Part shown: positions 24,504 to 37,055 of the stretch, one piece after another
How positions within the stretch are numbered: the first letter of the stretch is position 1
Layout of the letters: every line of letters begins with the position of its first letter
NCBI RefSeq assembly: GCF_006345805.1
Contig: NC_043022.1
Coordinates: 16,740,001-16,804,000 of the forward strand
Reading direction: 5' to 3'
DNA: 64,000 bases
From: Octopus sinensis
Taxonomy: Eukaryota
Position numbers and translations under genes: made by a program
Notes under the pieces: generated by a model
Database searches by the model: none
What the model was told of the DNA's origin: nothing
The model's input: only the letters and a program-made list of their open reading frames with translations

Positions 24504-24823
24504 GTGAGTCGAATGTCCTATTATGGCCATTCCTTATATTCTTGAATGTATATTATATAGTCTTTGACTATCTCTTCTTTCTCGCTGGACCGCTGGTAGC
24601 GGAGAATTTTTTCTAGAATTTTTTGCTACCCTTATATTTATTAATATATATATATATATATACATACACACACAAACTTACTGTTAACAAAAGTCAGGAT
24701 GTGTAGCATTCAGTTATTCCATAAGTGAAAAAAATGCATTAAATACTTCCAAATGTTCATGTAGGAACAGACACCAGAACCCTAATCCTTCATCAGTTAT
24801 CTAACAGTTCTATAATTCACAAA

Positions 24824-25123
24824 TCTTTATATATAAAAGTGAAGTTGTGTATCTGTCTCCTACGATTTAGATTCCTAACTACTCTCACATTTTGCGGTGC
24901 AGTGTAACCAAAAGCGGGTATCTTATAGTCGTGATTCATATCGAGCCCTTCTGGGTATTAGCGCGTGTCTACGATGAATCTACGATTTAAAAAAAATTTA
25001 CCATCAATTTTTCCCATTTTTAATGTTTTTTTTTTTGCTATTATATAAGGGAAGTAACTCTCTAAAAATGCTTATATAGTTATTTCCCTTACAAACCCGA
25101 GCAACGCCGGGCGATACTGCTAG
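24824..25123 (+). mobile_element. Non-autonomous Helitron, copy 2
   Basis: Canonical A|TC...hairpin CCCGAGCAACGCCGGG...CTAG|T with no TSD. Confidence 0.85.
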
Positions 25124-25939
25124 TTACAACATAAAATGCTATTCTTTCTCAGTCACAGCAACTGAAGAGACTAGAAAGCGGTTATAATAATAACAAACCA
25201 GCAAGCCACAACATTATTCCTATCAATACAGCCCTATTTTAGCTGATGTCTTGCAGTCAGTTGTCTCAGCCCCTTATTTTCATAACCCTTCTGCTACCAA
25301 ACTTCCTCTCTAACATTTATTCAATTCACCTACAAAACTCTGTCCTTCTCTTGTTTTTGCTCTCATTTAATTCTGGGAAACTGTTTGTAAACAAGCATCT
25401 CAATAGCTGCATGGTTTGTCTCTAGGGCACTGGGGTAGTAAGGTGTGTATATGTGAGTGTGTATAGAGATGTGTGTAGATGTGAATATAGATGTTTCTTC
25501 TAGATATCGTGTGTGTGTCTTGTGTTTGATATTCTGCAACCGTTTTTCTCACCATTCTATTCTTTCTTTGCTGATTCATTTCAAACCATTTTCTCTCGTT
25601 GCGTTTTTGAATCTTCAGTTTCTCAACTCATTACAACTCATGCAATCTTGGTTGCTGTTCTTCACATGTTGTTGTTGCTGCTGATGATGTTGTTGTTGTT
25701 GTGATGTTGGTGGTGGTTTCATACTGTGTCCTTTTTTCTCCTCTTTTTTTCTGTTTTGCACAGAATTCTCAAAAAGGCAGCTTGAACCATTACCTCACCC
25801 ACCCACTCTGGCTTCTGTTGTTGTTATCATCATCATCATCCTCATCATCGTCATCCTCATCATCCTCATCCCCACCACCATCATCATCATCATCATCATC
25901 ATCACCATCATTATCATCATTATTATCATCATCATCAAG

Positions 25940-26965
25940 AATGTGGCAAACTGGCAGAATCGTTAGCAAGCTGGGCAAAATGCTTAGCAGTATTTTGTCT
26001 GTCTTTATGCTCTGAGTTCAAATCCTGCCACGGTCAACTTTGCCTTTCATCCTTTCAAGGTCAGTAAATTAAGTACCAGTTGCATATTGGAGTTGATCTG
26101 ATTGACTGGCCCACCCTCCCCAAATTTCAGGCCTTGTGCCTATAATAAAAAGGATTATTACCATCATCATTATTTTTATTATTATTATTATTATTATTAA
26201 GAAGGTGGTGAGATGGCAGAATTGTTAGCATGCTGGGCAAAATGCTTTACAGCATTTCACCAGTCTTTACATTCTGAGTTCAAATTCCACCAAGGTCGAC
26301 TTTGTCTTGGGGTCAATAAAATATGTACCAGTTGAATGCTGGGGTCAATATAATCAACTATCCCCCTACCACAAAATTTCAGGCCTTGTGCCTATAGTAG
26401 GTGAGCTTTACTTTTCATTTCTTAGGGGATCTATAAAATAAAGTACCAGTCAATTACTGGGGTCAGTGGTGTCAACTAACCCCTCCCCTCAAAGCTGTTA
26501 GCTTCTGCTTATATTAAACACAATTATTTAATCCAGTCCTTTCCAAATGGAACTCTATGCCCCTCCCCCCACTTCCTTGGGGATCCTTGGCAATAACAGA
26601 TTGCTTGTTTGTTTGTATTGGAGGGGAGATCAGTGGGAGAAATTTCCAGCTTTGTTTTACAGGTGTTGGGGTCTGGAAGGAAAATTCCATAGGGAACCAT
26701 AGGCCAAAAATGGTTAAGAGTAGCTGCTTGTAATATTTAGATGCTACCAGGCGGCAAGTTGGCAGAATCGTTGGCACACCGGACAAATGGTTGTCAGCAT
26801 TTTGCTCATCTTTACATTCTGAGTTCAAATTCTGCCAAAGTTAGCTTTGCTTTTCATCCTTTCAGGGTCAATAAAATAAGTACCAGTTGCGTACTGAGGT
26901 AGAGGTCATTGACTTAGCCCCCTCCACTGGAATTGCTGGCCTTGTGCTGGAATTTGGAACCAGTA
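25940..26965 (+). mobile_element. Cluster of family A SINEs
   Basis: Copies at about 25940, 26205, 26410 (partial) and 26750. Confidence 0.75.
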
Positions 26966-27109
26966 TTTAGTTTTATCCTTCCACATTCTGACTTCCAGCT
27001 CCACCAAACGACATCTTTGCATTTGATGTTTTTGCTGTTGGGAAAATGGAGGAACCCCATCCGTGTGGAACCGACCCGAACGGAAAAAAGGGAAGGAGAT
27101 TATTTTGAG

Positions 27110-27716
27110 TAATGGGGGGAGGAAAGCGGAGATAGAGAGGGAGATGCAGGGAAAGAGAGAGGCACATGGTGAGAGAGAAAGAGAGAGAGACATGGTGAGA
27201 GAGAAAGAGAGAGAGAGAGAGACATGGTGAGAGAGAAAGAGAGAGAGAGGGAGAGAGACATGGTGAGAGAGAAAGAGAGAGAGAGGGAGAGAGACATGGT
27301 GAGAGAGAAAGAGAGAGAGACATGGTGAGAGAGAAAGAGAGAGAGACATGGTGAGAGAGAAAGAGAGAGAGAGACATGGTGAGAGAGAAAGAGAGAGAGG
27401 GAGAGAGATGTGGTGAGAGAGATACTTAGAAAGAGGAAAGGGTGGAATTTGAGAGGGAGTGAAACAGATAGAGGAAGAGAGAGAGACAGAGGAAGAGAGA
27501 GAGGAGGGAGAGAGATTGTTAGAATGAGAGAGAAAGAGGATGAGGGGAAAGAGACAGAAAGATGGTCACTTAAAAGAAGGAAGGAGACATTTAAAAGAGA
27601 GACAGACAGATAGAGAGAGAGGGGGGGATAAAGGGAGAGATAGAAATAGAGATAAAGAAAGAAAAGCGGGAGAGAAAGGGATGGAAAGAGAGAAAGAGAG
27701 GCTGATAGAGGGAAGG

Positions 27717-27757
<41 letters not shown>
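27110..27757. repeat. Polypurine (GA)n tract with 8 CATGGT-punctuated units
   Basis: CATGGT at 27165, 27191, 27223, 27259, 27295, 27321, 27347, 27375 within (GA)n. Confidence 0.9.
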
Positions 27758-28114
27758 AAGCCAGTCTGCTCCAGCTTTGCATTATACCTCATTGTTAAAC
27801 GTCCTCCCTGGTTCCTCGTTTTGACTTTCATCCCTCTGGAGACAGTCGAAACAACCAGCAGTAAATACCACTCGTACAAAATTGGTGGCCATGCATGGAG
27901 TCAAAAGAAATTAGCATCACCACCATCATCATCATCATCATCGTCGTCATCATCATCTGTGCTGTTGTTGATGTTGTTGTTGTTGCTGTAAGAGCCAAGT
28001 CTATATTCCTATTTAAAACACGACAATGGAGGAGAAGGTTTGAATTATTTATGTAGAAACACACCCAGGGGCACGGTTATCGCTTTGGTACGTGTGTGTG
28101 CATAGATGCTTGCC

Positions 28115-28161
<47 letters not shown>

Positions 28162-28418
28162 GAGAGAGATGGAGCTAAACAAAAGGATAAAAAAAAACAA
28201 ACAACAAGAGCTAATGTATATGTGTACAATAAACATACATGTTTTAAACACATGCAGAGACATATATATAAAGAGAGAGAGAGAGAGAGAGGGAGGGAGA
28301 GAGGGAGAGATAGAAGTGCAGAAATAGAGCCAATAAAATGGAGAGCCATGTATTTCATCTTGGCTTTTGTAAATCAAAGAACAAGCGTGCGTACAAATGT
28401 GTGTGTGAGAGAGAGAGA

Positions 28419-28453
<35 letters not shown>

Positions 28454-28819
28454 ATTGTGTGTGTGTGTGTGTGAGAGATTGTGTTTGGTGTGTGTGGTGT
28501 GTGTGTGTGTGATTGTCTGTGTGTAGGTGGATGGGGGTGTTTATGAATTTATCTACATCTATGAAGACAACAGTAATATATGTATATATTCATACATACA
28601 TGTGTGTGTGTGTATGAATATATGTATAGATATTTAACGTATATGCACATATATACTTATGTAAATGAACATGTATGCTATACGTGTATCGTATATACAT
28701 ATAATGCATATTTTATCTATATACATATTTATTATATAAATAGACAAATTCATATGTTGTAAGTGTATACATATATATTATATAGATAGATAGATAGATA
28801 ATATTTCACATCAGGAATT

Positions 28820-29019
28820 TTGCAATTCATAAACGTATGTATATATATATATACAACACACACACACACACAATCATGCACACACACACACACACAAATG
28901 TATTCATATCCATTTATATACATATCTGTAAATATGTATGTATGTATGTATATATATATATATATAATGAATAATCTTTTGTTTAGACACACACACACAC
29001 ATAAGTATATATATATATA

Positions 29020-29066
<47 letters not shown>

Positions 29067-29350
29067 CTATGTATATATATAATGTATATATGTATATATA
29101 TGGATTTATATATATGTATATATATGTATATATTGCATGTATATATATGTATATATATGTATATAGATATATATGCATGTATATATATATGTATATATAT
29201 ATATGTATATGTATGTATATATATGTAAGTGTATATATGTATGTATATATATGTATATATATATGTATATATGTATGTATATATATGTATATATATATGT
29301 ATATATGTATGTATATATATGTTCGTATATATATATATATATATATAGCT
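28820..29350. repeat. (TA)n/(TATG)n/(CA)n microsatellite block
   Basis: Direct inspection. Explains the YI-rich ORFs. Confidence 0.95.
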
Positions 29351-29734
29351 CTCTCTTTATAAATTATACACATTCACTCCCACAAAAATTATTTCTTATT
29401 CAGACGATAACATAAAGGAGAAGAATATATAAACATCATAGCTGAATGATTGAATATAATGTATGTATATGATGTGTGTATATACATACATACATGTGTG
29501 TGTGTGTGTGTCTGCACTATATGTATGTGTGTTTAATGGTTTTATGTTTCAATTAATTTGTATTTATACATTTATATATTTGTTCACTTTTAAAGAATTG
29601 TGAGTTTGTATGTGTGTGTGTGCGTGTGTGTGCATGTGTAATTTACTATTGCTGTAAAACGTCTGTCATAATCAGAATATCTTGCATCTATGCACACATG
29701 CACTATATATATATACACATATATGTGTGTGTAT

Positions 29735-29735
<1 letters not shown>

Positions 29736-29778
<43 letters not shown>

Positions 29779-29816
29779 GTAGGTAGGTAGGTAGGTAGGT
29801 AGGTAGGTAGGTAGGT

Positions 29817-29870
<54 letters not shown>

Positions 29871-29884
29871 ATAGATAGATAGAT
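29736..29884. repeat. Compound tetranucleotide array (AGAT)n(AGGT)n(AGGC)n(AGAT)n
   Basis: Direct inspection. Confidence 0.95.
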
Positions 29885-30949
29885 GGACAGGCACCAGGCT
29901 GGTGGTGGACAGACAGATAGATATCATTATTTAGCATCCTTGTTCCATGTTGGCATGGGGTGGACAGTCTGACATGATCTGATGTGTCTGAGGACAGCAT
30001 CTTACCTGAATCTGTTTTGGTTTGCTTTCTATGGTTGGATGGCCTTCCTTACAACATAAACTGAGTGTTTCTCCTCATGACCCCAGCAACAGTGAGGGTC
30101 ACCATGCACCCCACCCCCACACACACACTACAAACCCTGAACACTGGTCAGTTTTATGCTTCGGGATAGGGGGTTTAAATTATGAGAGGTGGGGCCAGAG
30201 TAGACTCTTGTTGTAGAGGTACTGTGTGGTTATTCACATTTAAAAGAGAGAGAGAAAAGGATAAGTAGGAGCTGCATGTGTGTGTGTGGTGTACGTATAT
30301 ATATAACAAAGTAAAGTTGTAAAATACTGCATGAGTGGAAATATATATATGAAAGAAGGTTTGAAAATACAATTTTAAAGGTGTTTATTCATTTGACCAG
30401 TTTCACTTTTTTAGAAAAAGATTGTCAAAAGTAAAATGTAAAGCTTTGTTGTGTTAAGTAATTGTTGTCACAAAAGTATTACAATACATATATACATTCT
30501 TTGATAATAATAAGAAAATGTTAAAAACAATTTACAAGAAAGTATTCAACGAAAAGTATTAGGAGTTCAATAAAAATCATGTTTGTTTGGTAGTATATAT
30601 ATACACACAGAAGGAGATGTATTTAAGAATTTACAAAAAATTGGAGAGGAACCGACCTGTCTTTTTGGCATTTTTTCTGTCTTGTGTGTAGCTAAGGAAT
30701 GTTTGCTATTTTAAGGGACAGTGATGGAGGTTGGTTGGGGGGGGGGAAGGAAGAGCAATTTGGAATTAAAAGGATTTATTCTTCCTCCATAAGTTAGCAG
30801 TCTGGCAAAAGGAACAGATAGAATAAGTATTAGGCTTACAAAGAATAACTTCTGGGGTTGATTGCTTCAACTAAAAATCTCTTTAAGGCAGTGCTCCAGC
30901 ATGGCTGCAGTCAAAATGACTGAAATAAGTAAAAGAATATATATATATG

Positions 30950-31116
30950 CACAGGAGTGGCTGAGTAGTAAGAAGCTTGCTTCCCAATGGTTCCAGGTTC
31001 AGTCCCACTGTGTGACACCATGGGCAAGTGTCTTCTACTATTGCCTCAGTCCAACCAAAGCCTTGTGAGTGGATTTGGTAGACAGAAACCGAAAGAAGCC
31101 TGGCATATATATATAT

Positions 31117-31186
<70 letters not shown>

Positions 31187-31385
31187 TGTATGTATGTATG
31201 TATTTATGTGTCTATATTTGTCCCCCACCATTGCTTGACAGCCGATGTCAGTGTGTTTGCGTCCCCAGAACTCAGCAGTTCAACAAAAGGAGACTGACAA
31301 AGAATAAGTCCTGGGGTCAATTTGTTCGACTAAAAGTGGTGCTCCAGCATGGCCGCAGTCAAATGATTGAAACAAGTAAAAAATA
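30950..31385 (+). mobile_element. SINE family B
   Basis: caggagtggctgagtagtaagaagcttgc..internal (TA)n..gactgaaacaagtaaa-like end. Confidence 0.8.
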
Positions 31386-32007
31386 AAAAAAATAAAAGAA
31401 TGTGAAACGTACGTCTCTTAAGTTGTTTTATAGTTTTCTCTGAGACTTTCTGCAGAAAGCTGGCGTATTTCTTCAGCGGTATTTAATGGTAATTGCTACC
31501 TTTTACATCCGGCTGACTCTTCTGTAAGGTTCTGTGTAGGAAATGGAGGGCTGTTCTCTAATGTGGCCTTGGAAGAGAGCTGCCAGGAATCACGGAACCA
31601 TTTCATCATTTCCATACACACCCACACACCCTCACAGACACAGTTCTTGAATCCTCACTCTCTCTCTCTATCTCTCTCTCTTCTTGTGTTGTGGTTCCAT
31701 TCCTATGAACATTATTAGCCAAACAAGAGTCTTGTACACCATTTATTGTATCTCTTGCCTCCTATTGAAGAGTTTCTCGTAAAAAAAATAACATCAAAAC
31801 AATCCATTTTGTATTTGATTCTAAAATTGTTGCTTTTTGGGGAAACAAAGTAATCCATCAGACAACGAAATGAATAAAAACATTTGGCTCACTCACTCTG
31901 TGTCTGTATATGTATATATATATCTATATATATATGTATATATATATAATATATTATATATATATAATATATATATATATATAGATGTTATGTATATATA
32001 TATGTAT

Positions 32008-32041
<34 letters not shown>

Positions 32042-32464
32042 CATATTACACACACACAAATATACACACAGATGCATGTGTGTGTGCATGTGTGTTCATG
32101 TATGCATATTGTGTATATATCTGTGTGTGAGTACTTAATATACATAATATAGATACAATACAGACACTCATATACATACACATATACACACACACACAAA
32201 TATATATGTGTGTCTATATATTTATGTATGTATATATTTATGTAGTGCCACCTGACTGGCTCCCATGCTGGTGGCACATAAAAAGCACCCACTACACTCT
32301 CAGAGTGGTTGGCATTAGGAAGGGAATCCAGCTGTAGAAACTCTGCCAGATCAAGTTTGGAGCCTGGTGCAGCCTTCTGGCTTACCAGCCCTCAGTCAAA
32401 CCGTCTAACCCATGCCAGCATGGAAAGTGGACGTTAAACAATGATGATGATGATGATGATGATA

Positions 32465-32495
<31 letters not shown>

Positions 32496-32499
32496 CCTT

Positions 32500-33070
32500 A
32501 ATGTTTTACTTGTTTCAGTCATTGGGCTGCAGCCATGCTGGGGCACTCTCTTGATAGGTTTAGCCAAACAAATCGCCTCCTGGGCTTACCTTTTAAAGCC
32601 TGGTGCTTATTCCATTGGTCTCTTTTGCTGAACAGCTAAACTATGGGGACATAAACAAACCAACATCAGTTGTAAAGTGGTCGTGGAGGACAAACTCATG
32701 TGCACACACACACACACACACACACACGTTGGGCTTCTTTCAGTTTCTGTCTTCCAGATCTACTCACTGCTGGAACCTCAGATCATGAGGTTGGGACGCA
32801 AGCATCTTACCGCACAGCCATGCCTGCACCTCTACGTATATATGTGTGTATGTATAGGTCTATAGACACACACACACATATATATATACACACACACACA
32901 CACACATTGGGCTTCTTTCAGTTTCTGTCTTCCAGATCTACTCACTACTGGAACCTGCGATCTTGAGGTTTGGATGCAAGCATCTTACTGCACAGCCATG
33001 CCTGCACCTCTACGTATATATATGTGTGTATGTATAGATCTATAGACAGACAGACAGACACACACACATC
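32500..33070 (-). mobile_element. Family B SINE with tandemly duplicated, internally deleted head
   Basis: gggcttctttcagtttctgtcttccagatctactcact..cacagccatgcctgcacctctacg occurs twice in tandem. Confidence 0.75.
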
Positions 33071-33479
33071 CTCATGGAAGATCTCCAGCAATAAACAATG
33101 CCAGAAGTGAATGGACAGGAAACTGTATCAGGAACTTGTGCTGCTCTCATCAATAAAAAGGGAAATGTTCTAATTTCTGTGTAGATATTTTGTTTTAATT
33201 ATTTTTTATCATCTTTTTTTTTTCAAAAATATTTATTCCATGTAAATATTTGTGTTTCATAAATTTGTAATTCATCCAATTATATATCCTACACCATCTT
33301 TCTCTCCTTCCTTTCATCTTTGTATAGCTTGTCTCTCCCACCCAAAACATCATTGGAAGCCCCCACCACACTCCTACTTAATGGTTCTTCATATTTTTCT
33401 GTATCTTTTCGAACCATTGTGGTTAAGAAAGAAAAGATTATCAGCATCAGCATCGTTATTATTATTATGATCATTATTA

Positions 33480-33513
<34 letters not shown>

Positions 33514-33534
33514 GATTATTATTATTATTATTAT

Positions 33535-33980
33535 TGAAGGCAGCAAACTGGCAGAACCATTAGCAGGCTGGGTGAAATGCTTAGCAGTATTTCGTCTGCC
33601 GTTACGTTCTGAGTTCAAATTCCACCAAGGTCGACTTTGCCTTTCATCCTTTCGGGGTCGCTGAAATAAGTACCAGTTATTCACTGGGATCGATGTAATT
33701 GACTTAATTCCCTCTCCCAAGCTGCCCTTGTGGCAAAAATTTTAAATCATTGCTATGTTTGTTAAGGCAGCGAGCTGGCAGAGTCATTAGCATGCTGGAC
33801 AAAAATGTTTAGCAGCATTTTCTCTCGCTTTATGTTCTGAGTTCAAATTCTGCTGAGTTCAACTTTGCCTTTCATCCTTCTGGGTTGATAAATTAAATAC
33901 CAGTGAAACACTGGGGTCAATCGCCTAGTCCATCTCCCCCCAAAAATTCAGGCCTTGTGCCTTTAGTAGAAAGGATTGTT
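33535..33980 (+). mobile_element. Two tandem family A SINEs
   Basis: Copies at about 33535-33745 and 33765-33980. Confidence 0.8.
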
Positions 33981-33990
33981 ATTATTATTA

Positions 33991-34745
33991 TAGACATCGC
34001 ACAGTATCCAATATCGTGAGGTTGTTGATTGAAGATATTGTGTCTGCCGGGGGTTTGTACTGTTTTGTCAAGTCACACCAAGGACCTCAGTCAGACACTA
34101 CTTTGCGCAATGTGCATGCAGTTCCATGTAATGCCGACTTTTGCAATACATCTAGATTGTAGGGTATTTCTAAAATTTTTAGATGTTTTTTCTTCAGATT
34201 GGGTGGTATTGAACCCAATGCTCCGATGACAACAGGGATAACCTTTACGTCTGACTCTCGTAGCTGCCACATCTTAGCAATCTCAATTCTCCATATTTAT
34301 CAACCTTTTCTCTTTCTTTCATGAGGATATGTTGATCTCCTGGCACTGCTACGTCGACTATTAGGCCCTCTTGTTTGTCCCTCCTAAAGGTTACTATTTC
34401 TGACCTTTGGTGCTCTAACACCTTGTCTGTTTGGAAGTCAAAGTCCCAGAGGATTTTTGCCTTCCCCTTTTCATCCATTACCTTCTCCAATGTATGTTGG
34501 TACCAAGCACTTGTTTCCTCAGAATCCATGCTTCCAGTATAGTAGCCTGTGGAGGTTTTGCATCGCCTTGTCGTGTCTGTGCTTGTACTATCCTACACAA
34601 GACTTTCACAAGTACTAACAATGTGAGTCATGCTTTCAACCTTCTCCCCACACATTCTGCAGAGGTTTGTTCCACTTGTTTGGTATATGTCCTTTTTCAC
34701 TGAGATGGTGTTCAATGCCTGATCCTGGGCAGCAGTCACTAGTTT
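33991..34745 (-). mobile_element. 5'-truncated non-LTR retrotransposon with restriction-like endonuclease (R4/Dong-like)
   Basis: Minus frames give LVTAAQDQAL..CRMCGEKVESMTHIVSTC (CCHC), KILWDFDFQTDKVLEHQRSEIV..LIVDVAVPGD..EKVDKY (RLE) and VIPVVIGALGSIP..LQKSAL. Both ends abut (TAA)n. Confidence 0.85.
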
Positions 34746-34812
34746 TATTATTATTGTTATTATTATTATTATTGTTATTATTATTATTACTACTACTACT
34801 ACTACTACTATT

Positions 34813-34868
<56 letters not shown>

Positions 34869-34873
34869 TATCA

Positions 34874-34914
<41 letters not shown>

Positions 34915-35164
34915 CATTAGGGGACTGAATTACCAAACAACTAATGGTGAGTATTTGAGAAACCATCCGTCAAGTTGTAAAAGAAAATGGTAATTGCAGC
35001 CACATTCTGAAGTCCAAATCTATGAGAAATCGTTCTTTCCAGTTTTACCATTCTAATATAAATAACAAAAGCGAATTGATTAATTAATGTAAAATTAGAA
35101 ACAAGTCTTTTAATCTAATTGTTTGTATTCCTTTTTATCTTTAATTTTCCCCTTTTATTTTCAG

Positions 35165-35211
35165 TTTCGACTGGCCGGCCTGGGGAAGGCATACAAGACT
35201 CAGAACATGTG
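35165..35211 (+). CDS. CAMTA: CAMTA 47-nt linker exon (phase 1 to 0), FSTGRPGEGIQDSEHV
   Basis: Branch-like ctaat near 35116, long polypyrimidine tract, ttttattttcag|TTTCG..CATGTG|gtaagt. T|TT gives the Phe of the conserved xPMF motif and frame is restored. Confidence 0.85.
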
Positions 35212-35325
35212 GTAAGTAAAGTTGACAGTATATCCTTGTGTGCAAGAATTTGGAGAAACACACATGCACGCAAACACACACACACACACACTGAGTTAAA
35301 TATTTCAAAAGTAAATAGACACCCT

Positions 35326-35370
<45 letters not shown>

Positions 35371-35373
<3 letters not shown>

Positions 35374-35671
35374 CACCATCCGTTCGTGGCCGTTGCCAGC
35401 CTCGCCTGGCCCCCGTGCCAGTGGTACGTAAAAAGTACCATCCAATCGTGGCCGTTTGCCAGCCTCGTCTGGCACCTGTGCCGGTGGCACGTAAAAAGCA
35501 CCCACTACTCTCACAGAGTGGTTGGCGTTAGGAAGGGCATCCAGCCGTAGAAACACTGCCAGATCAGACTGGGCCTGGTGCAGACTTCTGGCTTCGCAGA
35601 CCCCAGTTGAACCATCCAACCCATGCTAGCATGGAAAACGGACGCTAAACGATGATGATGATGATGATGAT
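35371..35671 (+). mobile_element. Well-preserved SINE family C with (GAT)n tail
   Basis: CpG-rich copy ggcacgtaaaaagcaccc..ttaggaagggcatccagc..catggaaaacggacgctaaac(gat)n. Confidence 0.8.
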
Positions 35672-37006
35672 ATATTCTGTTGTGTCTAGGGAAAGTCATT
35701 CCCAGTAATCCTAACAGCTCTTGAAGGAGTGGAATTAAAAAATAAAATCGTTAACTTGTAAAACAGGTAAGGTCTGTGACAGGAAGAGCAACCCAGATGT
35801 AAAAATATTGCTTCAGATCAGTACTCTTCCAACCTCTGCCAGCATAGAAAAGTAGACATAAAAAGGAACAAGGGACTATATTCTACACTGATATATTTGG
35901 ACTTGTGTCATCATATTAGTTGTTAGTCACAATCAATACAAGATCTATTGATAGATGTTAATAGATTTCATGAAACTCATTGTCATGTGGAAATGTAGAG
36001 AGGGAGAAGTTAAATGGCATTAAATTCACAAAATCAGAACTTCAGACTCAGTGTGTGTGTGTGTGTGTGTGCGTGTGTAAATATACACAGATGCATTCTC
36101 ACATATGTAGTTGTTATGAAGTACAAATGAGTTTGTCACGAATCTAGCTGCTTTACAAACGAACAAACGAAAATTAAACGTTGCAGTAATAATGTAATTA
36201 TGTTGTCAATCAACCTCGATTTGGAGCAGTCACCTGACAACCACCACCTACCGTTCTATTGACTCCCTATTTCTGGTTGTAACCATTTCGTTTGCACCTT
36301 CAATTCCCTTGCTAATGGCATCGTGTAAATGAGACACTCTCTTTGTTTCCACTCTCTTATAAATATGAGGGTTTATGGCTATGAAAGAAATCAATATTTA
36401 TTTATTAAGCTGCTCTTGTTGAACTCCAAGGTCAACAGTGGAACTCTACATTTTATGATAGAACACAGCACATAATGCATATAATATAATATAATTATGT
36501 ACTGTATGTCTTATGGGAGAGCACATAGTGTATGTATATGTATATTTATATATATATCTTATATTTAGTAGAAGCAAAAGAAAACTTGCAGCTCTTGAGT
36601 CACTCTGTTGCTTTGCTAAATATTAATAAAAACATATATATATATACTTTGTATGTGTGTGTGTTTATATATATATATATAAAAAAATTAAAAAATTAAT
36701 AAATAAATAAATTAATAAATAAAATAATATATAAATATAAAAATATACATATATATATATATATATTTGTATATATATATTTAAAATTTATAAGTTTAAA
36801 TTATTTAAATATTTTTTTTAATTTTTAACTTATATTTTTAAATTAATTTTATGTATTGGCTTATGTTTTTCACTGTTTGATTTGCCTAATAGTGGTTTTA
36901 TCTCTAATTTAATACAATATAATATAATATAATATATTTATACTATAAAATTGGATTAATCCTAAATCTAATTTTTCCCTTTAAGTTTGGATTTATTCCC
37001 TAATAT

Positions 37007-37055
<49 letters not shown>

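Noticed and set aside
12495-28690. ACGTGT (CAMTA CGTG-box) autoregulatory sites
   Set aside because: Hits near 12499, 15029, 28091 and 28682 lie in or at the edge of (TG)n/(TA)n microsatellites; no clustering in unique DNA.
26906-29415. SL-, ER- and YI-rich ORFs
   Set aside because: (GA)n and (TA)n microsatellite artefacts.
31456-31488. 33-nt exon candidate (ctgcag|AAAGC..ATG|gtaatt)
   Set aside because: Gives T|AA after the CG-1 exon, is open only in phase 0, has an AG close upstream of the acceptor, and has no homology support. Too weak to list.
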